This document shows positions 1 to 10,275 of a stretch of DNA of 64,000 nucleotides, one piece after another. Made by a program: the position numbers and the translations under genes. Every line of letters begins with the position of its first letter. Position 1 is the stretch's first letter. Below the pieces are notes generated by a model that was given only the letters and a program-made list of their open reading frames with translations, was not told the origin of the DNA and did not search any database. The DNA lies in NCBI GenBank assembly GCA_965206695.1, contig CBDBKM010000010.1, positions 352,001-416,000 on the forward strand, in the 5' to 3' direction. Origin of the DNA: Chlamydiales bacterium (lineage in GTDB: Bacteria; Chlamydiota; Chlamydiia; Chlamydiales; JAAZZY01).

Positions 1-585
1 TAAGACTTCTTTCGAATGCTTCGTCCTGAAATCAACTCGACATGGTAATATACTTTTAATCTCCAAGTCCGGATTTAAACGACTTTTTACTAATTTTACC
101 GTCTTAAGTAGCTGAACAAGTCCATGTAATGCCATCACATGTGACTCTACAGGGATGATTACTTCATTTACTGCTGTTAAGGCATTTAATGATAAGGTAC
201 CTAAATTAGGAGGACAATCGATGATAATGTAATCCCATGGTTTATCTTTTAGAAGTTTAATTTTATCACGCAAAATGTTTTCAGCCCCTACTTCTGTTGC
301 TAAACACTTCTCTACTTTTGCCATTACAGGAGAGGTCGGTACTAAATCTAAATTAGGTGTCTGAGTTGGTTGAATAATGGTACTAAGACATTTATCTTCT
401 AAAAATACATCTAATAGCGCCTGGCCTTGTTTCTTAAAACCATACCAATATGAAGTGGACGCTTGGGGATCTAAATCAAGTAATAGAACTTTCCGCTTTA
501 GTGAGGCTAAGGATGCCGACAAGTTAACCGCTGTTGTGGTTTTTCCTGTTCCGCCTTTTTGATTCACGATTGCAATTGTTCTCAT
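1..585 (-). CDS. parA: ParA/Soj family ATPase (3' end outside the window)
   Basis: Manual translation from ATG at 585: [22 protein letters not shown] (deviant Walker A), LLDLDPQAS and [11 protein letters not shown] motifs. Absent from the ORF track because it runs off the edge. Confidence 0.9.
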   Translation of the reverse strand, partial: MRTIAIVNQKGGTGKTTTAVNLSASLASLKRKVLLLDLDPQASTSYWYGFKKQGQALLDVFLEDKCLSTIIQPTQTPNLDLVPTSPVMAKVEKCLATEVGAENILRDKIKLLKDKPWDYIIIDCPPNLGTLSLNALTAVNEVIIPVESHVMALHGLVQLLKTVKLVKSRLNPDLEIKSILPCRVDFRTKHSKEVL

Positions 586-733
586 CTGATTCCCCCTAAG
601 AATTTCCTTAAAAAATTATTTTATATATAACCTGTGAGTTGCTTTATCAGCAAACGGATTATAGATACTTAACTTTCAATTGCTTAAAATAAGCTCTAAA
701 AATTAAATCAAGTAAATATTTAGAAAAAGCAGC

Positions 734-2032
734 TTAAATCGTTTTGTGACAATTTGTTTCTTTTACGAAAAAACAAAAGGTAAGACTAATAACTAAAAAT
801 ATCGGAAGGGTAATTAAAGCCCACCTATAATTCGTAACTGAGAAATATGGCACTCCTTGCATCAGTTGCCCCGACCATTTTAAATCTAAAAACCATCCTA
901 TAATAGGTTGAAAAACCGAGCCTATTAACACGGATGCCATATTCGTAATCGCAACTGATGTACCTGTTACTCTTTGAGGATTAATTTCACTGGCTACAGC
1001 GTAAGAAATAACCACTCCCGTATTTGTAAAGCCATAGAAGAAAAGGAGAATAAAAACGACAGTTATAGGCATATTTGGGATGTAGATGACAGAAGACATC
1101 AAAATAATACCAAGAAGACTAGAAAGAATCATAATAGGCTTTCGTTTTTGTATGCGATCGGAAAACCATCCCGCCAAAGGTGAACCTATTGCCCATCCAA
1201 TAAAAATAATACTTATTGCAGATGCTGCTACATTACGATGAAGAGCATAAGCTGTCGATAAAAAGCTAACACCCCATAATTCGGCAAAAGCGGCACTAGA
1301 GGCATAGAGAAAACCGATATATCCACAATTTATCCATGTTTGGCTATTAGTCAATACTATCTTTATACCTGAACAAACAGAATGCATTTCAATCTTTTTA
1401 TTCGCAGGCTTATGAAAATATTTGGGGGGGTAGTCTCTAACTACAATACCTATGAAAATGGCAAGAACAATAAAAACAGCTGCAAATAACCAAATCGTAT
1501 CTCGCCATCCAATGTGTCCAACAAGAACAGACACAGGAGCTTCTCCTACTGCAGCCCCTGCCATTCCTAATGCTTGTGTCATCCCTGCCAACAGGCCAAA
1601 ACGCGTGGGTGGGAACCAAATGGAAGAGAGTTTTAAAGTTCCTACAAAAGCAAATGCTCCACCAAATCCCATCATAAAACGACCAAGCTTAGAAATCATA
1701 AGGGAGTCTGAGACGGCAAATAGAACACAACCCATAGCTGTTATAAAAGCAGTAAGCGTCAATAAAAAACGAGCGCTATAACGATCGACTAAGACACCAA
1801 CCGGAATTTGCATAATAATATATGCTAAATAAAAGTAAGCCGATAAGCTTCCTAATTCTAAAGCTCTAACATGCAAAGCTTTCATTAAATCAGTAACCAT
1901 GACACCGGGTGAGACCCGAACAAAATACTCAGCAAAGAAGAAAAAGGCGCCTAACCCCCAGATTAGCCAAGGAAGAAGATGAAATTGTTTCTTTAAGGAA
2001 GTCGATGTATCATTTTCTGTTAAATCAGCCAC
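734..2032 (-). CDS. MFS transporter (resembles Legionellales Pht-type transporters)
   Basis: 432 aa, about 12 hydrophobic segments, MFS motif A (GVLVDRYSAR; GWFSDRIQKRK). Confidence 0.85.
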   Translation of the reverse strand: MADLTENDTSTSLKKQFHLLPWLIWGLGAFFFFAEYFVRVSPGVMVTDLMKALHVRALELGSLSAYFYLAYIIMQIPVGVLVDRYSARFLLTLTAFITAMGCVLFAVSDSLMISKLGRFMMGFGGAFAFVGTLKLSSIWFPPTRFGLLAGMTQALGMAGAAVGEAPVSVLVGHIGWRDTIWLFAAVFIVLAIFIGIVVRDYPPKYFHKPANKKIEMHSVCSGIKIVLTNSQTWINCGYIGFLYASSAAFAELWGVSFLSTAYALHRNVAASAISIIFIGWAIGSPLAGWFSDRIQKRKPIMILSSLLGIILMSSVIYIPNMPITVVFILLFFYGFTNTGVVISYAVASEINPQRVTGTSVAITNMASVLIGSVFQPIIGWFLDLKWSGQLMQGVPYFSVTNYRWALITLPIFLVISLTFCFFVKETNCHKTI

Positions 2033-2053
2033 AAATATTTATCTCTCTATGAT

Positions 2054-2902
2054 TTAGTATCTATAAAACCCATAAAATGCTTGCTCCCAAGTATAGGTCA
2101 CTCTTTTCCCGTCGTCTCTATTGCTACGAACTTGAATGCTAATATAAGGAAAAGAGTGATCATTATCCTTGTCTCTTCCCTCATCTGCTTTAAATGATTT
2201 CACGAATACTTCTTTATTATACCGGGGGTAAGTGGATACATTTGTATCTTCTTTTTCATACCGTTCGAAGTATTCATATGCCTTTTTTCCGGCAAAAGGA
2301 ATCGTTTGATTATAATAGAGCATAATTAGCTCAATAACCTTTTCAGGTTTATTTTCCAAGCCTTCTAAATAAAAATCCACTTCAGCCCCAACCATATGTT
2401 TTGACGTTCGATTATAATTAGAAGGATCGGAAAATCGATTGTGCATTGGACAACGATGACCACACGTAATGATCACTTTTCTACCGGACTCTTTCTGTAT
2501 GAAATTTAAAATTTCTATAAGAGCAGGGTAGATATTTTCTTTATCATTAATAATTGGCAAGCTATGTCTATCTTTGCCTACACAATCTGTGATTCGCTCC
2601 GGCTCTCCTCTTTTATTTTTCAAAACATATGCTTGATTTACAGCATCCCCCCGACAGCGAAAAAATTCTTTATTAATCTTTGGAATGTCCCCAATGTAAA
2701 CCTCTTCCCATGAATATCGCTGTCTCTCAATATATTGGGGTTCTTGTATTGCAAAATACTCATCCCCTTCCATGCGATAAATACACTCAGCCACAGTGTT
2801 TTTTTTTCGATTTTTTTGATATTCCGATTCTTTAAGCCCTTGACAACTGACTAAAAGATAGAGAAAGACAAAAGACAATACTAGTGTTTTAGAAATAAAC
2901 AT
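2054..2902 (-). CDS. Chlamydial lipoprotein with peptidase M15-like Zn-binding motifs
   Basis: Lipobox LVSC; ITCGHRCPMHN and SKHMVGAEVDF (H-x6-D) resemble M15 D-Ala-D-Ala peptidase motifs; lies next to HAD/truA/ispD as in other chlamydiae. Confidence 0.6.
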   Translation of the reverse strand: MFISKTLVLSFVFLYLLVSCQGLKESEYQKNRKKNTVAECIYRMEGDEYFAIQEPQYIERQRYSWEEVYIGDIPKINKEFFRCRGDAVNQAYVLKNKRGEPERITDCVGKDRHSLPIINDKENIYPALIEILNFIQKESGRKVIITCGHRCPMHNRFSDPSNYNRTSKHMVGAEVDFYLEGLENKPEKVIELIMLYYNQTIPFAGKKAYEYFERYEKEDTNVSTYPRYNKEVFVKSFKADEGRDKDNDHSFPYISIQVRSNRDDGKRVTYTWEQAFYGFYRY

Positions 2903-2946
2903 ATTTTAACTCAAAAAATGAAAATTATGTTATAAGTTGTCATTAT

Positions 2947-3636
2947 ATGAAATGGATTAATGAATATCAACTTTTCCTATTTGACTTTGACGGTCTTTTG
3001 GTTGACACAGAAGCAGTGCATTTTGCTGCATACAAGAAAATGTGTAGTGAAAGAGGCCTTCATTTAAATTGGGATTTTACACAATTCTGCCACTTTGCTC
3101 ACCAAGATACTCATACTTTAAGATCTGCCATTGCCCGGGAAGTGCCTGATTTGGGGAAGGCAAATATCGGCTGGGAAACTCTTTATAAAGAAAAAACACA
3201 GTATTATATGGATCTTCTGGGAATGCTGGATATTAAATTAATGCCCGGAGCGAAACTCTTATTAAAAAAATTAAAAAAAAATAACATCAAACGCTGTGTG
3301 GTCACAAATTCTACATTTGCACAAATTAATACCATTAGAAAACGAAACGATATCTTAGGCACAATCCCTTACTGGATAACACGTGAAGATTATCACATGC
3401 CTAAGCCTAACCCCGAATGTTATCAAAAAGCTATCAATCAACTAGCTGAAGCTGAAGATCGTATTATTGGATTTGAAGATTCACCAAAAGGCCTTTTTTC
3501 TCTAATGGAAACAAGGGCAACACCCGTTTTAATCAGAGATAGTATTCCAAAGGTTCTTCAAGAGGAATGGCAAAAGAAAAAATTCATTCATTTTCAAAGC
3601 TTAGAAGAGCTTTTTTCACAAAACTTACGGGTATAA
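2947..3636 (+). CDS. HAD family phosphatase
   Basis: FDFDGLLVDTE motif I, VVTNS motif II, KPNPECY, GFEDS motif IV. Confidence 0.9.
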   Translation: MKWINEYQLFLFDFDGLLVDTEAVHFAAYKKMCSERGLHLNWDFTQFCHFAHQDTHTLRSAIAREVPDLGKANIGWETLYKEKTQYYMDLLGMLDIKLMPGAKLLLKKLKKNNIKRCVVTNSTFAQINTIRKRNDILGTIPYWITREDYHMPKPNPECYQKAINQLAEAEDRIIGFEDSPKGLFSLMETRATPVLIRDSIPKVLQEEWQKKKFIHFQSLEELFSQNLRV

Positions 3637-4401
3637 TACCGAAGCCAGGAATAACCCTTGCGCAGGAGCCGTTTTTCCAACAACTTTCCGATCCTTAGCT
3701 TCAAACAGCTTAGGCAGCATGCTGAGTTCAAGCTTAGAAGTAGCTACCTCTACTAGAGTACCTACAATATTACGAACCATTTTATATAAAAAACCATTCC
3801 CCTCCATTTCAATTCGAAGTCCCCCATATTGCTCAATGACATTAACATGACATATCGTACGAATAGAGTTCTTTGCACATGCCCCTTCATTGGAAGAGTT
3901 TGAAAAAGAAGTGAAATCATGCTCGCCAATGAAATATACTGTGGCTTTTTTAAGTAATTCTCTATTCACATTACTACGAACATGCCAAGCATACTTTCTT
4001 TTAAATGGGTCCTGTACACACTCTAACCAAAGGTGATAATGATAACTTTTTCCAATAGCCAGGTAACGTGCATGAAAATCGTCGAATACTTTTTCAATAG
4101 ACTTTATACGTATATCATAAGGTAATATTCCATTGATCGATTTGATAAAGCGAGTAAAATCAATGTTTTTAGAATAGCGGAAGTGAGCGACTTGACCTAA
4201 AGCATGGACACCCGAATCTGTTCTTCCTGAAGCTGTTATTTTAATCTTATTTCGAAACAATAAAGCTAAAGCTGATTCTAAAACTTCTTGAATAGAAAGA
4301 GCATTCGGCTGAATTTGCCATCCGGAATAAGCTGTACCATCATAAGCAAGTACCAGCTTATAAGTACTCATCGTTTTTTGGTTATCTTGCATAGAGATCA
4401 A
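3625..4401 (-). CDS. truA: tRNA pseudouridine(38-40) synthase
   Basis: YDGTAYSGWQIQ, ASGRTDSGVHALGQ, FHARY, GNGFLYKMVRNIVG, TAPAQGLFL. Confidence 0.95.
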   Translation of the reverse strand: MISMQDNQKTMSTYKLVLAYDGTAYSGWQIQPNALSIQEVLESALALLFRNKIKITASGRTDSGVHALGQVAHFRYSKNIDFTRFIKSINGILPYDIRIKSIEKVFDDFHARYLAIGKSYHYHLWLECVQDPFKRKYAWHVRSNVNRELLKKATVYFIGEHDFTSFSNSSNEGACAKNSIRTICHVNVIEQYGGLRIEMEGNGFLYKMVRNIVGTLVEVATSKLELSMLPKLFEAKDRKVVGKTAPAQGLFLASVLYP

Positions 4402-5128
4402 CTATCTCAAGAAATTTACCGGCAATAGATAAATCTTCCGGCGTCGTTATTTTAAGATTAGAGTAAGATCCCCTAACTAGTTTAATAGGATGTTCCAGAA
4501 TTTCTATTAAGGACATGTCATCCGTAATAGAAAGCGCCTTCTCATTTACAATTATAAAGGCTTCTTCGAATAATTTCTTCTTTGCAATTTGAGGTGTTTG
4601 AATTTCCCAGATATAATTTCTGTCCAACGTCTTTTTGACAAATTCATTTTGATCACTTTCTTTAACAGTAAATTTTACAGGCATTCCTAAAACGGCAGCC
4701 CCAACTGTCCTGGCTTCTGCAATAACATTTTCCAGTAATTTATAGGTTAAGACCGGGCGAGCAGCATCGTGAACACAAATAAAGCTATTATTTATCTGAG
4801 AAGCTTGTAACCCATTGTAAAAAGAATCTTGCCGTCTTTTACCCGGTGTTGCAAAAGTAATAAGAGTTGTATTTGATTTTTGCATAAAAAGATTTCGATA
4901 CTCCTCTTCACACACAAGGACAATTTCAGATATTTCCGGGTGGCTTAAAAACAAATCGAAACTATATTGAGCGATGCATTTATCTTTAAGTAATAGATAT
5001 TGCTTAGGCAAAGAGGACTCCATCCGGGTGCCCCTGCCACCGGCAAGTAAAACAGCCGTTATTTGATCCGCCTTCTTTTTTAAACTTTTAATCGTGAACA
5101 TAGATGATTTTACTACCTTGAGGTTCAA
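4382..5128 (-). CDS. ispD: 2-C-methyl-D-erythritol 4-phosphate cytidylyltransferase (true start probably slightly downstream)
   Basis: LLAGGRGTRM..PKQYL, RQDS, HDAARP, IQTPQ, TDD, NLKITTPEDL. Confidence 0.9.
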   Translation of the reverse strand: MNLKVVKSSMFTIKSLKKKADQITAVLLAGGRGTRMESSLPKQYLLLKDKCIAQYSFDLFLSHPEISEIVLVCEEEYRNLFMQKSNTTLITFATPGKRRQDSFYNGLQASQINNSFICVHDAARPVLTYKLLENVIAEARTVGAAVLGMPVKFTVKESDQNEFVKKTLDRNYIWEIQTPQIAKKKLFEEAFIIVNEKALSITDDMSLIEILEHPIKLVRGSYSNLKITTPEDLSIAGKFLEIVDLYAR

Positions 5129-6101
5129 AGAAGAATGGCACTTCTTTTAAATCACAGATAGCTGAACGCACCGCTTCTTGTTTTTTATTTTCACAGCATA
5201 ACAGTAAAAAACCGCCGCCACCGGCACCTAAAATTTTCCCGCCTATGGATCCGGCTTTTAGAGCTTTTTCATAATAGTCATCGATCAATGAATTAGAGAC
5301 CTTCGAAGCTAAACCACGTTTTAACAGCCATCCTTGGTGCAAAATTTCTCCAAAAGAGCTTAAATCCTCTTCAATTAAGCTAGACTTCAAATCAGCAGCT
5401 AGCTGCTTAATCTTCATAAGACAATCTAAATTTTTCTCTGTTTTGTTATTTTGCTCTTCTAAAACTTCGGAAGATTTTCTTGTTAACCCTGTATAAAAAA
5501 GTAACACCTTTCGATTAATCTGCTCTTTGAATGATGATGAACAAATAATCGGATTTACAAAAACGGTGTCATCGGAATTAAACTGCAAATGATTAAAACC
5601 ACCATAGGCTGCTATATATTGATCTTGCTTTCCAATAGGTTGCGATAATACATCAATTTCGATTTTACAAGCATCTAGTGCTAATTTTTCAGCTGATACA
5701 TGTTTACCAATATACGCATACAAAGCATTCAAAACACCAACAGCTAAACTACCGGAAGAACCTAATCCAATACCGGCTGTCCCTAAGGGAATATCTCCCA
5801 TATAGACAATTTCAATTCCTTTGTCGACTCCAACTAACTTTAGAGCTTCTCTTATAATATTATGCTCAATATCTTCAACATTGCTCACGATTTCAGTTTT
5901 AGAATAGCTAACACGAATCAGATCATCAAATTTTTTATTTACAGTGATATAGATATACTTATTTATTCCCGTTGTTACAACTGCTCCGATATGATCCTGA
6001 TAAAAGGCCTGAAAATCCGTCCCGCCACCGGCAAAACTCATTCGTAACGGGTCCTTGAAATTATCATTTTTCGCTCCAACATAAAGAAATAATGATAACA
6101 T
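5088..6101 (-). CDS. GHMP kinase, HddA-like heptose-7-phosphate kinase; native N-terminus frameshifted
   Basis: PLRMSFAGGGTD, GLGSSG, GKQDQY, GGKILGAGGGGF. A family-typical start MIISRT at ATG 6067 is 1 nt out of frame. Confidence 0.8.
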   Translation of the reverse strand: MLSLFLYVGAKNDNFKDPLRMSFAGGGTDFQAFYQDHIGAVVTTGINKYIYITVNKKFDDLIRVSYSKTEIVSNVEDIEHNIIREALKLVGVDKGIEIVYMGDIPLGTAGIGLGSSGSLAVGVLNALYAYIGKHVSAEKLALDACKIEIDVLSQPIGKQDQYIAAYGGFNHLQFNSDDTVFVNPIICSSSFKEQINRKVLLFYTGLTRKSSEVLEEQNNKTEKNLDCLMKIKQLAADLKSSLIEEDLSSFGEILHQGWLLKRGLASKVSNSLIDDYYEKALKAGSIGGKILGAGGGGFLLLCCENKKQEAVRSAICDLKEVPFFFEPQGSKIIYVHD

Positions 6102-6150
6102 AAAATAGGCTATTAGGCCAAAAGATAAAAATCACTAGTAAGACAAGGAA

Positions 6151-6540
6151 TTGACAGCTCCCGACCCTAAAGGGAAGGAATGCCTAATTCAACGACCCTC
6201 GCTAACCGGTGTTAGTCTAATACGATCTCCAAAGGCTTAAATTACCGACTGCCGGTATCTATATTGTAAGCCGCATTAAAATCTTTGTCATGCAAAATAT
6301 TGCATGTGGGATATTTCCAAGATCTTATCTCGCAATCTAATTGTCCTACATTGTGGTTGCATATGGAGCATTGTTGTGTACCGGGAAAATTCTGAGGTAG
6401 CTCTCTACCATGCTTCTTTCGTATCAATCACATGTATATTTTAAATATGTTAACAATTGGCGCCATCCTGCATCTGATATACCTTTCGCATATCTTTTAT
6501 TTTTTAACATACTTGTGATATCTAAACCTTCTATTTAAAA
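6151..6540 (-). mobile_element. tnpB: IS200/IS605 remnant: degenerate tnpB 3' half, omega/reRNA region and right end
   Basis: ORF 6242-6427 reads TQQCSIC..W..PTC..HDKDFNAAYNI (TnpB Zn ribbon/RuvC-III); subterminal hairpin ending GTCAA on the minus strand at 6151. Confidence 0.8.
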
Positions 6541-6572
6541 CAATTAGAGTTGTTACATAATAAAAGTTATAT

Positions 6573-7458
6573 GAACCTATCCCACTAATTTATCTATCCA
6601 AAATTTAATCAGCACCGGAGTTAAAAAGCCTTTCCAATACTTCATCTTTCTTTCCCAACGGATAACGACTTTTCGAAACTTTCTTTGTAGCCATGAAATA
6701 ACTCTCTCTACTTGCCATCGTTTACGCTTTATCATCGCCCTAATTTTTTTAGAAGCTTTCTGTCCGGGCTTTTTTCGTCTACAAATCCATGGAAAAATAC
6801 CCCTTATCAAAAGAGCCTCTCGTAACGCCTCTGAGTCGTAGCCTTTATCCGCTTCAAAAATAGGTGTGAGATTACGATGCTTCCACCTATTTTGTACTCT
6901 ATTAATCAAAGGGATTGGTTTATTTCCTCTCGTCTCCATGGACTCCTGTAGGGATAAGAGCAATAGGTGAGCCATATCCGTCTACAAGTAAATGTCCGGT
7001 AACTCCTTTTCCCTTATAGCCGTACGTAACTTCTTCTCCGCCACCCTTACCTCCTGAAAACAAACCCATCACCGGCTATTCGTTCCCAATTGAATAAGTT
7101 TTTCAATTCGGACAAGGATAATCCGGCACTTAGTATAGCATCCAAAGTCCCGTCCTCTTGCCAAACACTCAACCGGCTATGAGAAGTGGTTCTTGCTCCC
7201 CAAGCTTCACCTTTTGGGAGGTCGCACCAACGACTACCTGTTATTAAAATCCAAAATATTGAATGGCATACCTTTCTCCAAGATGCATGAGGATATCCTT
7301 TAGATCTTTTCTCCGGTTCTTGAGGTACTAATGGTGCTAAGAACGACCATTGACTATCTGTTAACCCTTCAAATTTAGACATTTTTTCTCCCCTTTCATA
7401 ATTTATGAAAGGGGAGCATACCAAATACAAATTTAAATTACATTAATGGGATAGGTTC
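6573..7458 (-). mobile_element. IS5 family element (IS427/IS1031-like), two ORFs 7047-7430 and 6577-6975, degraded
   Basis: Terminal IRs gaacctatcccactaat / attaatgggataggttc; LTDSQW, TGSRWCDLP, ADKGYDS and RWQVER motifs. Confidence 0.85.
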
Positions 7459-7744
7459 ATGAGTTTAGATCATTCTAAAAGTCTTTTAATCATCTGCTTG
7501 CCCCTATATTGTTCTAAAAAAACTTATCAAAAACCACTAAAAATTTAAATCGCAACAAGTCTATTATTAAACTTCTTTTTAAAAAAAACAGTTAAAACCA
7601 TCAAATTATTTTTAATTTATTACTCCGACACTTCTGAATAACTGATTTAGTTGTTAGTAAATAGATTCATTAAATTAGTTTAAAGTTATTTTCTTTTTTT
7701 CGTTTACTTTAAACGTCTTTTGTTTAATAATATGTAAAAAAAGA

Positions 7745-7837
7745 GGCTGCGTTAAAAAAGTATCGTAAATCCCGGATTAGTAAAAAAACCTCTACAAGTT
7801 ATCAGCGACTTAGCCGGACTTTTTCAGATCACATATC
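7745..7837. repeat. Short MITE-like unit similar to 22334-22416
   Basis: ggctgcgttaaaaaagtatc...aaaaaacctctaca...gactta..ggactttt aligns with the 22334 copy. Confidence 0.5.
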
Positions 7838-8069
7838 TTTGGAGGACTATGGAGATTGGCAAAATACTCATCGAAGATTTTGCCGATAGAGAGATCAAGG
7901 TCTTTGGGAATCTTTATTGGCGATTATATTTGAAGAAGCTTATTATGAATGGTTAATGCAAGCTATGTCAAAGTACATCCGCAGCTTTCCGAATCTGACA
8001 TAAGCTCCAAAGGCTTAACTTACCGACTGCCTCACGGTAGATCTAAAAGATAGGAAGAGTATACAAAAT

Positions 8070-8954
8070 ATGAGAATTAATAAGAATGCGAAACAACACT
8101 TTAATCAAGACGCTCCCGTCCCAATGCTAAAGCAAAGGGTTTTATCGCTTAATTGTCATAATATTCAAACTGTTATGAGCGATGTAGAAGGTAGTACTGA
8201 TGTTTATATTGCTGCTTATGGAAGCTTGGTATATCAAGAATATGGAACCAATAATAATATAGCTTTACCAATTGAAAAAAAGGCGACTTCTTATTCAGAG
8301 GGCCGGAGAAAAACGAGTCTAAAGGTACAGACAGCATTTCATCGAATATCATCTATTCATCGTAAAGGCTTCTTAACTACACATTCACGACTTACATTGA
8401 TTTCCGTTACAGATAGGGGTGAAATGACTCACCTTTATGTAGCTAAATCGACAGCGCATATTGGGAGGGGAAATCAGAAAAAATTTGGAAAAGACTCCCT
8501 AAATAGTGCAATTAGAGCTTTAAAATGCCGAGAGGATATGACAACTATTGAGAACTGTAGAAGCTCATTAGGACATGATAAGATAGCTTATGTTTATAGA
8601 GGAAGTTCCTTTCCGGAATAAGCACCTAATGATCCCACTAAGATAATACAATTTAAAATCGATGGTCAAGATTTTATAGCTCGCTTTCACCCTCGCTCCT
8701 TTACGGAAACATCACTAGAGGCAATCGGTGACTGGTTACCAGAAAAAAATGCCCATGGTATGGCAATAACCGCATTACTTCCTAACATAAAAAATGAAGA
8801 GGTGCTAAAAATTATTGAAAATGAAGCTCTTCTTGACAATCGGCCGGTTACAGGAATCAGAAAGCGTTCAATTGCATATTTTGAAAGCTTGCCGGAATCT
8901 ACAAGAAAGGCTCATGAGTCATATGGACGTTTTATTCATAATTTAGATTTATGA
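8070..8954 (+). pseudogene. Hypothetical gene (possibly GGCT/ChaC-like) with one internal stop, bounded by IS200/IS605 ends
   Basis: ORFs 8070-8621 and 8760-8954 are in the same frame, separated by a single TAA (8619-8621); VYIAAYGSLVY resembles the GGCT/ChaC N-terminal motif. Confidence 0.5.
8119..8161. repeat. IS200/IS605 terminal hairpin (copy 1 of 4)
   Basis: tcccaatgctaaagcaaagggttttatcgcttaattgtcataa; related copies at 8949-9025, 41199-41250 and 51220-51275. Confidence 0.75.
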
Positions 8955-9025
8955 CAATCAAGCGAAAAAACCCTTTGCTTTAGCATTGGGATGAGAGCAT
9001 CTACTTGTTTTTTTGATTTTGTATA
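8949..9025 (-). mobile_element. IS200/IS605 end with the last tnpA codons, truncated by IS630
   Basis: Minus strand reads IQNQKNK* followed by the terminal hairpin ...gcttgattgtcataa. Confidence 0.75.
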
Positions 9026-9960
9026 TAGTATTTTAATTTTTATTTGATAATATGTTATCCTTCTTTTTTTATACAAACAGTAAGGACAAAACAATGCCTA
9101 GAGCCTATTCAGTAGATCTTCGAGAGAAAGTATGACAACATATAGAAAAACATCATGATAAAAAAACAGCCGGCCATATTTTTCAAGTAGGTATCGCAAC
9201 AATATATCGATGGATCTTGCAAAAAAAGCAAAAAGGACATTTAAAGCCAATCCGCAGAAAATATGCTTATAAGAAATTAGATGATGAGTTGTTATCTAAA
9301 TATGTAGAAAAACATCCGGATTATTTTTTATCGGAAATTGCTGATTATTTTTCAGTCACTCCGCAAACGATTTTTTATGCCCTTAAAAGATTAAAAATTA
9401 CACGAAAAAAAAAACTACTCGCTATAAGGAAAGAGATGAAAAAAAACGGGAAGCTTTTATGAAAGATTTAAAAAATATTCCCTTTGACAAGAGAATTTAT
9501 CTCGATGAAACCGGGATTCATCAATTTTTATTTCGTGAGTCCGGAAGAAGCTTACGCGGCAAAAAAGTTTTTGGAGCGGTTTCAGGAAACCGCTTTATAA
9601 GGCAAAATATTATTTCAGCCCTATCTAAAGGGCAGTTTTTATCTCCAATGTGTTTTGAAGGTACTTGTAATACCGGGTTATTCAATATTTGGCTTAAGGA
9701 AGTTTTGACTCCTCAGCTTACACCCGGTAGTGTTCTTATTCTTGACAATGCCGGTTTTCACAAGTCAGCGGAAAGCAGGAAAACAGTAGAATCTGCCGGT
9801 TGTAAGCTTATGTTTCTTCCTCCCTATTCTCCGGACTTAAATCCTATAGAAAAATATTGGGCTAATATGAAAAATAAAGTTAGAGAGATATTACGAAAAG
9901 TTACGAATTTTAAATTCGCCATTGATCAAGCAATCTTATCAATGTAAAATTAAATGACTA
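9026..9960 (+). mobile_element. IS630 family element, lineage A (935 bp), nonsense mutation in orfA
   Basis: IRs tagtattttaatttt / aaaattaaatgacta, TA on both sides; orfA from ATG 9094 has TGA at 9133 (TTA in the 56882 copy); A10 slippery run; LDETG..LDNA..LPPYSPDLNPIE. Confidence 0.95.
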
Positions 9961-10275
9961 TAACAACATCCCTTTAGCCGAAAGCCGGGTTTTCTCAATA
10001 GAATGCACTGCCATATTTTCTTCTCCATTTTAAGAAAAAATAATAAAAAAAAAGTATACATCATTGCGAAAAATTATTTAACGGGAATTGTTATATTGCA
10101 TCCAATTTAGCGTCATTTGGAGAGGTATTTTTAACCATATAGGCTTATATATATTCGGCAGTTGAAGTTTTATTTTTTTTTCTAATTCAGATATTGTGAT
10201 TTTATAGTTTTTAAAGAAGTCCTCTTCCGGGGGTAAATTTGAGATTAAATAAGACTCAATAAAAATTGTTTTTTA

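Noticed and set aside
3..16. agacttctttcgaa matching the IS5 IR at 13897
   Set aside because: It lies in frame within parA (..TKHSKEVL), so it is most likely coincidental.
377..562. 61-aa ORF on the plus strand
   Set aside because: Antisense shadow of parA. The same applies to the short ORFs opposite or inside the MFS, NAGPA, marC, malQ, sctU and IS genes.
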